The position numbers and the translations under genes were made by a program. From contig DATJJU010000010.1 in the NCBI GenBank assembly GCA_035491955.1, positions 1 to 49,850 on the forward strand: a DNA stretch of 49,850 bases. Direction: 5' to 3'. Origin of the DNA: Minisyncoccota bacterium. Its GTDB lineage: Bacteria > Patescibacteriota > Minisyncoccia > Phycocordibacterales > UBA9973. The notes beneath the pieces were generated by a model, which saw nothing but the letters and a program-made list of their open reading frames with translations, did no database searches and had not been told where the DNA came from. Positions 29,701-38,862 of the stretch are shown piece after piece (the first letter of the stretch is position 1; every line of letters begins with the position of its first letter).

Positions 29701-30787
29701 TCGCAAGATAGGGGACCAGCTAGAAAAGAATCTCTCCGCAGCCGTTATTGTTGAACGGAAGAAAAAAGAGGAATCAAAGACAGCGCCTGCGCCCGTCAAT
29801 CTTCCGACTGGAACTGTTGAGGAACAAGTTGAAGAACAACCAGAAAAGCAGCCGCAACAAGAAGAACAAAAGCAGGAAGCTCCAACATCTCATGAAAAAA
29901 CTAATAAAAAGCTGCCCCGCATGGTAATTGAAACAATAGACAGAGCATTAGCTAAACAGCTGCAAGGTAAGCCGCTCGATAGCGGGGAGGCTGCAGTTCT
30001 TAAAAGAAATCCTGAAGAAGCTGAGAAAAGATTGGCTCTACTGAAAGCAAATAATGGCCAATTACCAATTCCTTCTGTGGAAAAGCAGCCAGCAAGACAG
30101 AGAAGAAATAGGATAGAAAAAGCATCCTTTGAAGATGCTGAAAAGCGATGGACCACTGACCAAGATAAGGCGTTATTACGGTATCTTTCTTATGCAGATA
30201 CAAATAAAGATCCGGATTTCCTAAATAAACAGTACAACAATGAGCATGATGAAAATGGTAACTTGAAGCCAGAGTGGCAAGGATATGCCGATAAAATTAT
30301 TGAAATTGAGGCGGATCCAAAAAAGAAAGAAGCATATCTTGAGATTGCAGATGAATTACATAAATATGTCACTAATGCAATGAAAATATGGAAGGTTCCA
30401 TTAGAAAAGAATACTCAGAGTAAATCATGGGCGTACTTCAGTATTGTGAGGATGCAGACTATCTTTGATAGTAAAGGGCGCGGAAGAAGCGGAAAGGATC
30501 CTATTGGTAATATTCTCAATAAGAAAAATAAAAATGCCGGTAATCTTCTACAAAGCATGGCAGATAAAGAGTTTGGATATGTTTTTTCTAGAGCCGGATC
30601 GAATGAAAAAGAGGCTCTCTTAAAGAAAATTGCTGGTACGAGCCAGGAACAAAACATTTTGGACTTAATAAAACTAGCAGAAAAGGCAAATGGAGCAGAA
30701 GAGAAACTCAAGCCTATCGAGCTTATTGAATTAGGCGGTCTTATCCGAGAGGCTCAAGATGAGTTTTCTGAAAAACAGGCTAAATAA
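26750..30787 (+). CDS. Large (1345 aa) hypothetical protein
   Basis: Long ORF: coiled-coil N-terminus, Gly/Ala hydrophobic helices, His/Gly-rich beta region, Glu/Lys/Pro-rich C-terminus. Confidence 0.8.
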   Translation: MENNTEDLTPEQKRIILLNEQQENPEKKEIVLSSGAEVEKRKDPEQKEVETKNPFEVTIVDTTQLAESQARDRGDARMTESKEDRSANIFTRTAKRIWKHNLFQEVYRQKEISKAREEIKKTGNILSDAAADAEANAAIVERFALEYDQEYKGQMLKEGETLSPENEQLNKEIKTLIDQHAHAPMTEAVFQEERNRILGQYTEKPGKMGQLYADNLFKVAQEVRKAIENGKKLEELNLDVKVRLGKAQEGLNTEAKKNTFEKLQNSKVGKYILNEGVVAAGVYSASKFLFEKTLRSKAAQLATFGGTAVAAGALAGVKEAARIERERAQYARESAKGLGSDPESKRRKEFADVNYETISMAGTISALEKNLEILKGGTVDPSVILNDFADIESRIVLGKERKIDLFHYSGENSVEVERTNLLKARAKLNNALRKELGEDKYKTMLEERTKNFSDELMKGEKGLEAKDKAFAKLKRSGVAKHVIKTALISAGAGIVAQEGTALVKSGLHSWLGIGKGEDSWIQGAFKSLTGKTNKLNQNATMLEAWRRSISGEVPRMPMGNETLGVIHNPLGSGDYNMRLPQGVSLTDHGNGVFDIVRNGETVASNVKAFDPSGHMNPDLKFELLKHDIYAGDPAMVGGHDPQSAMDYINGHKGDTQLVHRELHYDNDTPKVFDKNELEEKWGGTGIRNSFDHAGKFVGYEGSGLDEHGNYVLNINRMAADGSYHNHLSVNAQEAMKKGGLKMLFSVSRDTQQHVFQVEIDANGNAIIPKDSEIAKLMFQTQNGHAVFTGKYAEVAQVMGSGKDGVENVRILSTVVGHGHDYITDPGHPVVRLDVPGSTDYSVPPVIPAVPRTPLERAVETEKEKKQEPPKEAPKNATGEEKPKDSVVVDSIYQPENGFRAEEKIPAGTFAAHEQLEKAKKEMTKAEYDALREDLEFINKKIQSHEGIIAVDRNNLKSKLGRDLYENLKHIPDGDKPIQFNRDELRKIGDQLEKNLSAAVIVERKKKEESKTAPAPVNLPTGTVEEQVEEQPEKQPQQEEQKQEAPTSHEKTNKKLPRMVIETIDRALAKQLQGKPLDSGEAAVLKRNPEEAEKRLALLKANNGQLPIPSVEKQPARQRRNRIEKASFEDAEKRWTTDQDKALLRYLSYADTNKDPDFLNKQYNNEHDENGNLKPEWQGYADKIIEIEADPKKKEAYLEIADELHKYVTNAMKIWKVPLEKNTQSKSWAYFSIVRMQTIFDSKGRGRSGKDPIGNILNKKNKNAGNLLQSMADKEFGYVFSRAGSNEKEALLKKIAGTSQEQNILDLIKLAEKANGAEEKLKPIELIELGGLIREAQDEFSEKQAK

Positions 30788-30816
30788 ATAGTTTTTGAGC
30801 GTGGTACAATGGCGTT

Positions 30817-33771
30817 ATGAGTGCCCAGGATACTTTTTTGGCTGCATATAATGCTTTAAATACTGAGCAAAAAAGGGCTGTAGATGCTATCGAAGGGCCT
30901 GTCATGGTCATTGCTGGACCAGGAACGGGGAAGACGCAGGTCTTGGCGGTGCGTATCGCTAATATTCTGACAAAGACCGACACTAGTCCTGATGGCATAT
31001 TGTGTCTGACATTTACTAATGCCGGGGTGAAGGCCATGCGAGAGCGTTTGATGCGTCTTATTGGCCCTACTGCATCGCGAGTGCGCATTGCGACATTCCA
31101 CAGCTTTGCGCTTGATCAGATCGAACAGCACTACGGTGTTCTTGGTTTTGATGAAAAGCCGACATTGCTTGAGGGTCCGAGCAGTATTATTTTATTTGAT
31201 GAGCTATTGCAGAGCCGGCAGTGGCAGTATTTGCGCCCTCGTGCTAACAAAGCGCTCTATGTCCACGACTTGCAGTCGCTTATTTCAAATTTGAAAAGAG
31301 AAAATATTAGTGCTGCTCAGTTTCGTTCTAGTGTTGCGGAAGAAATAGAGCGAGTAAAAAATGATCCTGACAGTATTTCTTCTCGAGGGGAATCAAAAGG
31401 ACAATTCAAAAAAGAAACAGAGAAAAAGATTGAGAGTTTGGAACGTAGTCTTGAGGCGGCAGATTTTTATGAAGCGTACGAGGATATAAAGAATGAACGC
31501 AGTCTTATTGACTACAGTGATGCATTAAACCTGCTCGTACAGATCGTTGAACAGTCTGATGATGCACGAGATACTATTCGTGAACAATTTTTATACGTAC
31601 TCGTTGACGAGCACCAAGACTCAAGCGGAGTGCAAAACCAATTCCTGGAAGCGGTGTGGAAAGATAGCGAGAGGCCGAATATTTTCGTCGTCGGCGATGA
31701 TCGCCAACTGATCTACGGTTTCGGCGGTGCTTCCATTGGTTATTTTGAAAACTTCACGCATGCATTCGGCAGGGCTGAACGCATTACGCTGACTCGCAAT
31801 TATCGCTCTACACAGATCATTCTTGATGCCGCTGAACAATTGCTGCAGAGTCAACTAGCAGAAGGAAAACTGATTGGAGATGATACTGTCTCGCACCCAT
31901 TGCGACTAGTTGAAACCGACTATCCTCGTGATGAAATTATTGCAGCAGGCTTGTCATTCAAAGCAAAAGTAGAAGACGAAGAAACAATCTATGACAATTG
32001 TGTCGTATTAGTGCCAAAGAATCGCCAGGTCAAAGCCGCTATGCAAGTCTTGCGAGATATGGGCCTGCCTGTAGCAGCCGCTACCTCTTTGCAATTGTTT
32101 GAATTACCAGATACGCAAGCATTACTGACTGTTCTACGTGTCATAGCTGCGCCTGTTGATACTATCTCGCTTTCGCATAGCATTCTTGATCCTATTGCTG
32201 GCATAGATGCTCTCACTGCGCATCAGTTTTTAATGAATAAAGATATAAAGAAGCTTAGCATTAAAAGCTTACTGGAAGACGCCGACGCGAGTATTCAACA
32301 GTGGGGAGAAAAATTGCAGTCATGGCTATCTTTGTCTCAAAAGCATGATGCCTATCATATGATCCAGCTCATTGCAGATGAATGCTTGCTGAGCACTGCA
32401 ACTGAAGATGAAACTGTTCGTCGCAGAGTAGAAATCATTCGCACCTTGCTTCATATTGCATTGATGCAGTCAGAGCGAGGCGAGAAGGTAGATGTAGCAA
32501 GCTTTGTATCATTTATTGATCGTCTGCAGGAATATGGACAAGACATTCCACTGGCAGTGTTTGGCGCAGACAAGGGCATAAAAGTTCTGACATTGCATGG
32601 ATCCAAAGGATTGGAATTCGATGCCGTCTGGATTGCCCACATGGACGAACGGTCGCTGATGTCAGCCAAGCGACAGATGTTTACCTTGCCTGAAGCTATT
32701 GAAGAAAAAATCGTACAACATGATGAAGATGTGAAAAAGCGCGAGCTCTATGTCGCCATTACTCGCGCTAAGCGTTTTTGCACTATTTCGTGGAGTCGCC
32801 ACAATTACAACGGCACTGACCAGCAACTGGCAAATATTATTATGGAGCTGCCGGAGCAGCTATTCGAAAAAGAAACAACAAGTCAGAGCGAAGAAGCTAT
32901 TTTGAAAGAGGATGAGCGCTTGTATGTTACGGCTGCGCCATTAATAGAAAATGAGGATCTGACAGAAATTGTGGCCAGAGAATATGAAAAGCACAAAGTA
33001 TCCGTAACGATGCTCAACAACTTTTTTGAATGTCCGTGGAAATGGTATTTCAGAAATCTTTTGCAATTGCCTGAGCCAGTAAATGATTCGTTGAATATTG
33101 GTAATATTGTCCACAAAAATATCGAAGGGATATTAAAAGGAACAATAACGGATCTAAAAAAGAGCGTTGAAGAATGTGCCTTGATACAAGCGCGATACGA
33201 TGAAGTTGATGCAAAACGTTTTGCTATCCAGGCACTGCCTATTATAGAAGCATGGAATGTGAATTATTTGCCGAACATCACAAAGCCATTTTCGACAGAG
33301 AAAAATCTACCGTTTATTGATGCTGATTTCCCTAATCTTTCTCTGTTCGGCAAGATCGACTTGGTTGAAGAGATCATTAGCGAAGAAGTACGAGTCACTG
33401 ACTGGAAGACAGGTAGCCCTAAAACCAGTAATGAAATAGAAAAGCGCGATGAAGAGGGAAGAATGTCAGGACTATTGCGCCAGCTCGCAATGTATACCTA
33501 TCTTATCAATGGCGTATCTCGTGGTGATACTACTGTTTCGGAATCACGCCTCATATTCCTGGAAGCAAAAAGGGGAGATAAGAATGCTATCCATAGTCGC
33601 CATATCGGTTCAGAAGAATTGGAATTGCTCCATAAAGATATTTCCGACTATAACGAAAGCGTAAAAAATGGCACATGGCTCAATCGTCCTTGTAATGCCA
33701 AAACCTACGGTAGCGAGTCAGAATGTGAATATTGCACCATGGCAAAACGCTATGGAATAAAGGCTAATTAG
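30817..33771 (+). CDS. UvrD/PcrA-like SF1 helicase with C-terminal PD-(D/E)xK nuclease (AdnB/AddA-like)
   Basis: AGPGTGKT, LVDEHQD, VGDDRQ.IY.F.GA, NYRS, H.SKGLEF, YVAITRA; then ECPW, GKID, DWKTG, RQL.MY, C...C..C. Confidence 0.9.
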   Translation: MSAQDTFLAAYNALNTEQKRAVDAIEGPVMVIAGPGTGKTQVLAVRIANILTKTDTSPDGILCLTFTNAGVKAMRERLMRLIGPTASRVRIATFHSFALDQIEQHYGVLGFDEKPTLLEGPSSIILFDELLQSRQWQYLRPRANKALYVHDLQSLISNLKRENISAAQFRSSVAEEIERVKNDPDSISSRGESKGQFKKETEKKIESLERSLEAADFYEAYEDIKNERSLIDYSDALNLLVQIVEQSDDARDTIREQFLYVLVDEHQDSSGVQNQFLEAVWKDSERPNIFVVGDDRQLIYGFGGASIGYFENFTHAFGRAERITLTRNYRSTQIILDAAEQLLQSQLAEGKLIGDDTVSHPLRLVETDYPRDEIIAAGLSFKAKVEDEETIYDNCVVLVPKNRQVKAAMQVLRDMGLPVAAATSLQLFELPDTQALLTVLRVIAAPVDTISLSHSILDPIAGIDALTAHQFLMNKDIKKLSIKSLLEDADASIQQWGEKLQSWLSLSQKHDAYHMIQLIADECLLSTATEDETVRRRVEIIRTLLHIALMQSERGEKVDVASFVSFIDRLQEYGQDIPLAVFGADKGIKVLTLHGSKGLEFDAVWIAHMDERSLMSAKRQMFTLPEAIEEKIVQHDEDVKKRELYVAITRAKRFCTISWSRHNYNGTDQQLANIIMELPEQLFEKETTSQSEEAILKEDERLYVTAAPLIENEDLTEIVAREYEKHKVSVTMLNNFFECPWKWYFRNLLQLPEPVNDSLNIGNIVHKNIEGILKGTITDLKKSVEECALIQARYDEVDAKRFAIQALPIIEAWNVNYLPNITKPFSTEKNLPFIDADFPNLSLFGKIDLVEEIISEEVRVTDWKTGSPKTSNEIEKRDEEGRMSGLLRQLAMYTYLINGVSRGDTTVSESRLIFLEAKRGDKNAIHSRHIGSEELELLHKDISDYNESVKNGTWLNRPCNAKTYGSESECEYCTMAKRYGIKAN

Positions 33772-33825
33772 GCCACAGAAAAGGGTCGCCTTAATCTCAT
33801 AAATATGCTATAATTTCAGCATATT

Positions 33826-35904
33826 ATGGCGAAAACTGCGGCAAAAGACGATGCGAAAAAAGGCTCTTATGGAGCAGAACAAATCTCAGTCCTTGAAGGA
33901 CTAGAGCCGGTACGTCGCCGTCCGGGTATGTACATCGGTTCTACCGGTGTAGATGGCCTTCACCACTTGGTATGGGAAATCTTTGATAACTCTCGTGACG
34001 AGGCTATGGCAGGACATGCCAACACTATTGAAGTAACACTTCTTCCCGGCAATCGCGTACGAGTAGTTGATAACGGTCGCGGTATTCCTGTTGATATTCA
34101 CCCAAAGACAAAGGTCTCTGCATTGGAAACTGTTATGACAACGCTGCACGCCGGAGGTAAATTTGGCGGCGAAGGAAGTGGCTATAAGGTCTCCGGTGGT
34201 CTGCACGGCGTCGGTGCTTCTGTGGTGAATGCACTTTCTATTTTCACTCGCGCTGAAGTTCACAAAGACGGCGCTATCTGGATGCAAGAGTATTCACAAG
34301 GTAATAAGGAAGCCAATGTGAAGAAAATTGGTACGACAAAGAATAATGGTACTATCATTACTTTTGAGCCTGATGCCAGTATCTTCAAAGACACTGTTGA
34401 TTTTGACCTTAAAACAATCATCGATCGTCTTCGCCAGCAAGCGTATCTCGTTAAGCGTTTGCGCGTGACTGTTATCGATGCTCGTGCGGTAGAAGAAAAG
34501 TTTGATGCTACAAAAGTATTTTGGTTCAAAGAGCTTGGCCTTGAAGCGCCATCAACCACCTACTACTTCGAAGGAGGCCTGCAATCATTGGTTCGCCACT
34601 ATAATGAACATCAGAAGGTTATTAATCCAACTATTTTTTACGTTGAAAAGGATCAAGACAATGTTGGCGTAGAAGTGGCATTGCAGTATGTCGACGATAT
34701 CAGCCCTCGCATTGTTGGGTTTGCAAACAATATCTATACACCAGAAGGCGGTGCGCATGTAACTGGTTTCAAGACCGCGCTTACTCGTCTTATCAACAAC
34801 TATGCTAAGAAAAATAATCTTGTAAAAGAAGCTGATGGTGCATTTTCTGGAGATGATGTCCTAGAAGGACTCACTGTAGTTATTTCTGTAAAGCTTGCCG
34901 AGATCCAATTCGAAGGCCAAACAAAGGCCAAGCTTGGCTCAACGGAAGCGCAGGGTGCAACCGCTACTGCATTTGGTGAAGCCTTCGGTATCTTCTTGGA
35001 AGAACATCCTGATGAAGCGAAAGCTATCATTATGAAAGTATTGTTGGCATTGCGCGCTCGCAAGGCAGCGAAGGCAGCGAAGGATTCTATTTTGCGAAAA
35101 GGTGCCCTTGAAGGCATGACATTGCCGGGTAAGCTCGCTGACTGTATGACAAAGGATGCATCAGAAGCAGAAATCTTCATCGTAGAGGGAGACTCTGCGG
35201 GTGGTACTGCCAAAATGGGACGTGATCGTCGTACTCAAGCTATCTTGCCATTGCGTGGAAAGATTTTGAATGTGGAGCGCGCTCGTCTTGATCGTATGCT
35301 AGGTTCGCAAGAAATCAAGAACCTAGTCATCGCTATGGGTACTTCTATTGGTGATACGTTTGATCTTGATAAGATGCGTTACCATAAGATCATCATCGCA
35401 ACAGATGCGGATGTCGATGGATCACACATCACTACGCTTATTTTGACATTGTTCTATCGTTACTTCCGCGAAGTTATTGATGCAGGATATGTGTACATTG
35501 CATTGCCACCGCTCTACAAGATTAAGCGCGGTAAAGAGCTTGCGTATGCTTACACTGATGAAGAAAAGAATCGTATCTTAAAGGATTGGGGTGCATCAGA
35601 CGTGCAGGAAATTGTTCCTGAAGGAGAAGGCGAAGCTACTGAAGAGGAGGAATCTGAAGAAGAAAATCCAAAAGCTAAGAAAACCACAAAGGTTTCTGTG
35701 CAGCGCTACAAAGGTCTTGGTGAAATGAATGCCGAAGAGCTTTGGGAAACTACTATGGATCCTGCTAATCGCGTGATCAAACAAGTGATCATCGAAGATG
35801 CTGAAGAAGCAAACAAGACCTTCGATATCCTTATGGGTTCTGAAGTTGCTCCCCGCAAATCCTTCATCCAATCTAATGCCAAGATGGCAAATCTGGATAT
35901 ATAA
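33826..35904 (+). CDS. gyrB: DNA gyrase subunit B
   Basis: VLEGLEPVRRRPGMYIG, SGGLHGVG, EGDSAGG, PLRGK, DADVDG, QRYKGLGEM. Confidence 0.95.
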   Translation: MAKTAAKDDAKKGSYGAEQISVLEGLEPVRRRPGMYIGSTGVDGLHHLVWEIFDNSRDEAMAGHANTIEVTLLPGNRVRVVDNGRGIPVDIHPKTKVSALETVMTTLHAGGKFGGEGSGYKVSGGLHGVGASVVNALSIFTRAEVHKDGAIWMQEYSQGNKEANVKKIGTTKNNGTIITFEPDASIFKDTVDFDLKTIIDRLRQQAYLVKRLRVTVIDARAVEEKFDATKVFWFKELGLEAPSTTYYFEGGLQSLVRHYNEHQKVINPTIFYVEKDQDNVGVEVALQYVDDISPRIVGFANNIYTPEGGAHVTGFKTALTRLINNYAKKNNLVKEADGAFSGDDVLEGLTVVISVKLAEIQFEGQTKAKLGSTEAQGATATAFGEAFGIFLEEHPDEAKAIIMKVLLALRARKAAKAAKDSILRKGALEGMTLPGKLADCMTKDASEAEIFIVEGDSAGGTAKMGRDRRTQAILPLRGKILNVERARLDRMLGSQEIKNLVIAMGTSIGDTFDLDKMRYHKIIIATDADVDGSHITTLILTLFYRYFREVIDAGYVYIALPPLYKIKRGKELAYAYTDEEKNRILKDWGASDVQEIVPEGEGEATEEEESEEENPKAKKTTKVSVQRYKGLGEMNAEELWETTMDPANRVIKQVIIEDAEEANKTFDILMGSEVAPRKSFIQSNAKMANLDI

Positions 35905-35929
35905 AAATCCCCGAACGGGATTTTTATAT
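35899..35929. terminator. Terminator between convergent gyrB and thrS
   Basis: ATATAAAAATCCC-CGAAC-GGGATTTTTATAT. Confidence 0.75.
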
Positions 35930-36017
35930 ATTTAGTTTATATCATCCTATCGTGAAGCAAGGCGTCACGATAAATTAAATATAAAATCTGTTTATAACTG
36001 AGGTCAGACCTCAGTGG

Positions 36018-37766
36018 TTAGTTCATAGTGCGGTTTTTAATTTCTTCGGAGATTTTTGAGATGAGGTCAGCTTGGGAAAGGGAAATCTTTTCGCCGTTAC
36101 GGAGTTCGATACCGTAGGTACCGGACTCTATTTCCTTGTTGCCGATTACGATAACATATGGTGGCTTGAGAGTTTTCGCTCCGTGGATGCGCTTGCCGAG
36201 ACTGTTGTTATCCAAGTAGATATCGCTGCGGATGCGTGCTGCCTGCAATGTTTTCTTTAATTCCTCAGCGTGAGCAAGCTGTTCTTCGCCGACAGGAACA
36301 ATACCAACATGCAACGGTGCAAGCCAAGTAGGGAATGAGCCGGCAAAGTGTTCAATGAGAATGCCGAGGAAGCGATCAGGAGAGCCGATCAATGCGCGGT
36401 GAATCATGACAGGATTTTTCCGAGTGCCGTCCTTGTCGGTGTATTCCAACTCAAAACGCTTTGGCATATTGAAGTCGAGCTGTACTGTTGATATCTGCCA
36501 CTCACGCTTCAATGCGTCCACTGCCATAATATCGATCTTTGGGCCATAGAAGGCTGCTTCACCTTCAGCTGCTTTATAGGCAATGCCTTTATCCTCCAAA
36601 AGTTTACGCATAATAGCTTGAGAATTCTCCCAGACGCTATCATCACCAAGATACTTTTCTTTATTGTTAGGATCTCGCAATGAAAGACGCATCCAATAAT
36701 CAATATTGTATGTTGCCAACGCTTCCTGAATAGCAGCAAGTACATTAGATACCTCTTCTTCAATCTGGTCTTCACGGCAGAAAATGTGCCCATCGTCTTG
36801 TGCAAATGAGCGAAGACGGGTGAGTCCTGACAATTCTCCAGGGCGCTCATCGCGATAAAGATTTGCGAAGTCTGAGTAACGCAATGGCAAATCACGATAG
36901 CTGCGAGGCTGTGACGCATAAATCTGCGTATGTTGAGGACAGTTCATTGGCTTGAGGAACATTTCATCACTGACATATTGAGAGTGAACAGTGAGCATGT
37001 CTTCTTTGTACTGATCATAGTGTCCAGAAATTTTAAAGAGTTCTGCCTTGTTTACATTTGGCGTATGTACTTCGCCAAAGCCAAGCTTTTCATTCAATTC
37101 ACGAGAGTAATTGATGATAGCATTGCGAATATGGTTGCCGCGAGGAGTATAGAGTGGCATGCCTGACCCTACAAGGTCTGAGAATACGAGAAGATCAAAC
37201 TCTTTAGCGATTTTACGATGATCACGCTTCTTCGCTTCTTCTTTATTATAAATATATTCTTCTAGTGCTGCTTTTGATTCAAATGCTAAGCCGTAGATAC
37301 GAGTAAGCATCGGACGGTTTTCGTCGCCGCGCCAATATGCACCAGCAATGCGATCAAGCTTGAATGAGTCGGCATCAATAGTACTGAGATCATCAATGTG
37401 GCCACCACGGCAAAGGTCAGTAAATGAACCCATAGTGTAGAGAGTGATTTTCTCACCACGATCCGCAATTTCATTGATGAGCTCAGTTTTAAATTCGTTA
37501 CCCCCGTATTCCTTTAAAGCCTCTTCTTTTGAGACTTCTTTGTGGGCGACGGTGGTCCAGGTCGGTAGGAGCTCGCGCATTTTCTTTTCAATGGATGCGA
37601 GCTCATTTTCTCCTACTGCGCCAGAGAATTTTATATCGTAATAAAAGCCGTCATCCACCGCCGGGCCAAGGGTAAGCTTAGCATCAGGGTAGAGCTCCAT
37701 AACTGCAGCTCCTAAAAGATGGGCAAGGGAATGGCGTTGGTGGGCAATAGATTCTTCTGTAGACAT
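36018..37766 (-). CDS. thrS: Threonine--tRNA ligase (no N-terminal TGS domain)
   Basis: RHSLAH, DLCRGGH, RDHRK, KPMNCP, YGPKID, MIHRA. Confidence 0.97.
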   Translation of the reverse strand: MSTEESIAHQRHSLAHLLGAAVMELYPDAKLTLGPAVDDGFYYDIKFSGAVGENELASIEKKMRELLPTWTTVAHKEVSKEEALKEYGGNEFKTELINEIADRGEKITLYTMGSFTDLCRGGHIDDLSTIDADSFKLDRIAGAYWRGDENRPMLTRIYGLAFESKAALEEYIYNKEEAKKRDHRKIAKEFDLLVFSDLVGSGMPLYTPRGNHIRNAIINYSRELNEKLGFGEVHTPNVNKAELFKISGHYDQYKEDMLTVHSQYVSDEMFLKPMNCPQHTQIYASQPRSYRDLPLRYSDFANLYRDERPGELSGLTRLRSFAQDDGHIFCREDQIEEEVSNVLAAIQEALATYNIDYWMRLSLRDPNNKEKYLGDDSVWENSQAIMRKLLEDKGIAYKAAEGEAAFYGPKIDIMAVDALKREWQISTVQLDFNMPKRFELEYTDKDGTRKNPVMIHRALIGSPDRFLGILIEHFAGSFPTWLAPLHVGIVPVGEEQLAHAEELKKTLQAARIRSDIYLDNNSLGKRIHGAKTLKPPYVIVIGNKEIESGTYGIELRNGEKISLSQADLISKISEEIKNRTMN

Positions 37767-37852
37767 GTTAAAAACTATAGCATTTCTAATGATATTTGCG
37801 AGGTATTGACAAACTACATATATTTGTTATTTTATTGTATAAATCATACTTT

Positions 37853-38554
37853 ATGAAAAGTTATAAAATGGGTTATCAGTGCATTTCCAATCACGATGAG
37901 CTCAATCAGTACCTTACATTCATATACAACAGTGTCCCCCCTGGCATCTCGCGATTAATACAATTGCGAACATTTGCAAAGACTTTTCCAAACAAAAAAT
38001 CTTCGCTCATTGCCTTTATTCCAGATGAAGAGAAAGAATATACACTTTTAATTCCGTATAATATCCTAATGTCTCACATCAACGACAGTGATGACGATAC
38101 GTATGGAGAAACAGATCCAAAGATTTTTAATTCGATCGATTTTGTTTTAAGGAAAGGTATAGGAAAGGAGACAGGTTTCAATATTAAGGGAAACAAAGAT
38201 TATCTAGGTTTACCTATCGATGTTACGGACTCGCTTGATCCCTATAATAAGCACTTGAAGCATGTCTTGGTTGCGCTGAAGGTTTCCTTGAAAAGGGCAA
38301 TACGGGTTATTTCTTTTTCAGGAAAAACAGGTGAACCGATATGGTTGCATAACAGCCTTCTTTCAAGAGTATACGATACAAAAACAAAAGTAGGGGATGA
38401 AACCAAAATTCATCCTCAAAAAGAAGCATTTGAAAGATATATGGAATGGCTTGAAAAGAATACTCCTTGTCAGAAAAGAAAAGAAGGCTGGTTTGCAAGA
38501 CATTTTCCTTTGTGGGGGAAAAAAGCAACGGTGACAGCTCAATATGCTGTGTGA
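37853..38554 (+). CDS. AT-rich hypothetical protein
   Basis: ORF with promoter TTGACA(37806) and terminator 38571-38604; no recognised motif. Confidence 0.55.
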   Translation: MKSYKMGYQCISNHDELNQYLTFIYNSVPPGISRLIQLRTFAKTFPNKKSSLIAFIPDEEKEYTLLIPYNILMSHINDSDDDTYGETDPKIFNSIDFVLRKGIGKETGFNIKGNKDYLGLPIDVTDSLDPYNKHLKHVLVALKVSLKRAIRVISFSGKTGEPIWLHNSLLSRVYDTKTKVGDETKIHPQKEAFERYMEWLEKNTPCQKRKEGWFARHFPLWGKKATVTAQYAV

Positions 38555-38643
38555 TTGGACGGTGGCGCGAAAGCCTGACCTCAGAAATGAGGCGGGCTTT
38601 TTTTATTTTACAATTTCGCAAAAGTAGGGTAGTATAGTCGGAT

Positions 38644-38856
38644 ATGGTAGTACGCATGAGACATACGCGTGCGCATACGGCTAATCGTCGTTCGCATCAC
38701 GCATTAAAAAGCCCAGCTCTTTCTACTGACAAGACCGGAACAGTCCACCTCCGTCACCGCGCAAGCATTGATGGTGTGTACAAAGGACGTCAGGTTGTCG
38801 GAGATCCAGTAAAGGCTGTTACAAAAAAGCAACGTAAATCAGCTTCAAAAAAATAA
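38644..38856 (+). CDS. rpmF: 50S ribosomal protein L32 (Cys-free form)
   Basis: MVVRMRHT....NRRSHHAL...RHRA...G.YKGRQV. Confidence 0.93.
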   Translation: MVVRMRHTRAHTANRRSHHALKSPALSTDKTGTVHLRHRASIDGVYKGRQVVGDPVKAVTKKQRKSASKK

Positions 38857-38862
38857 TCATCT

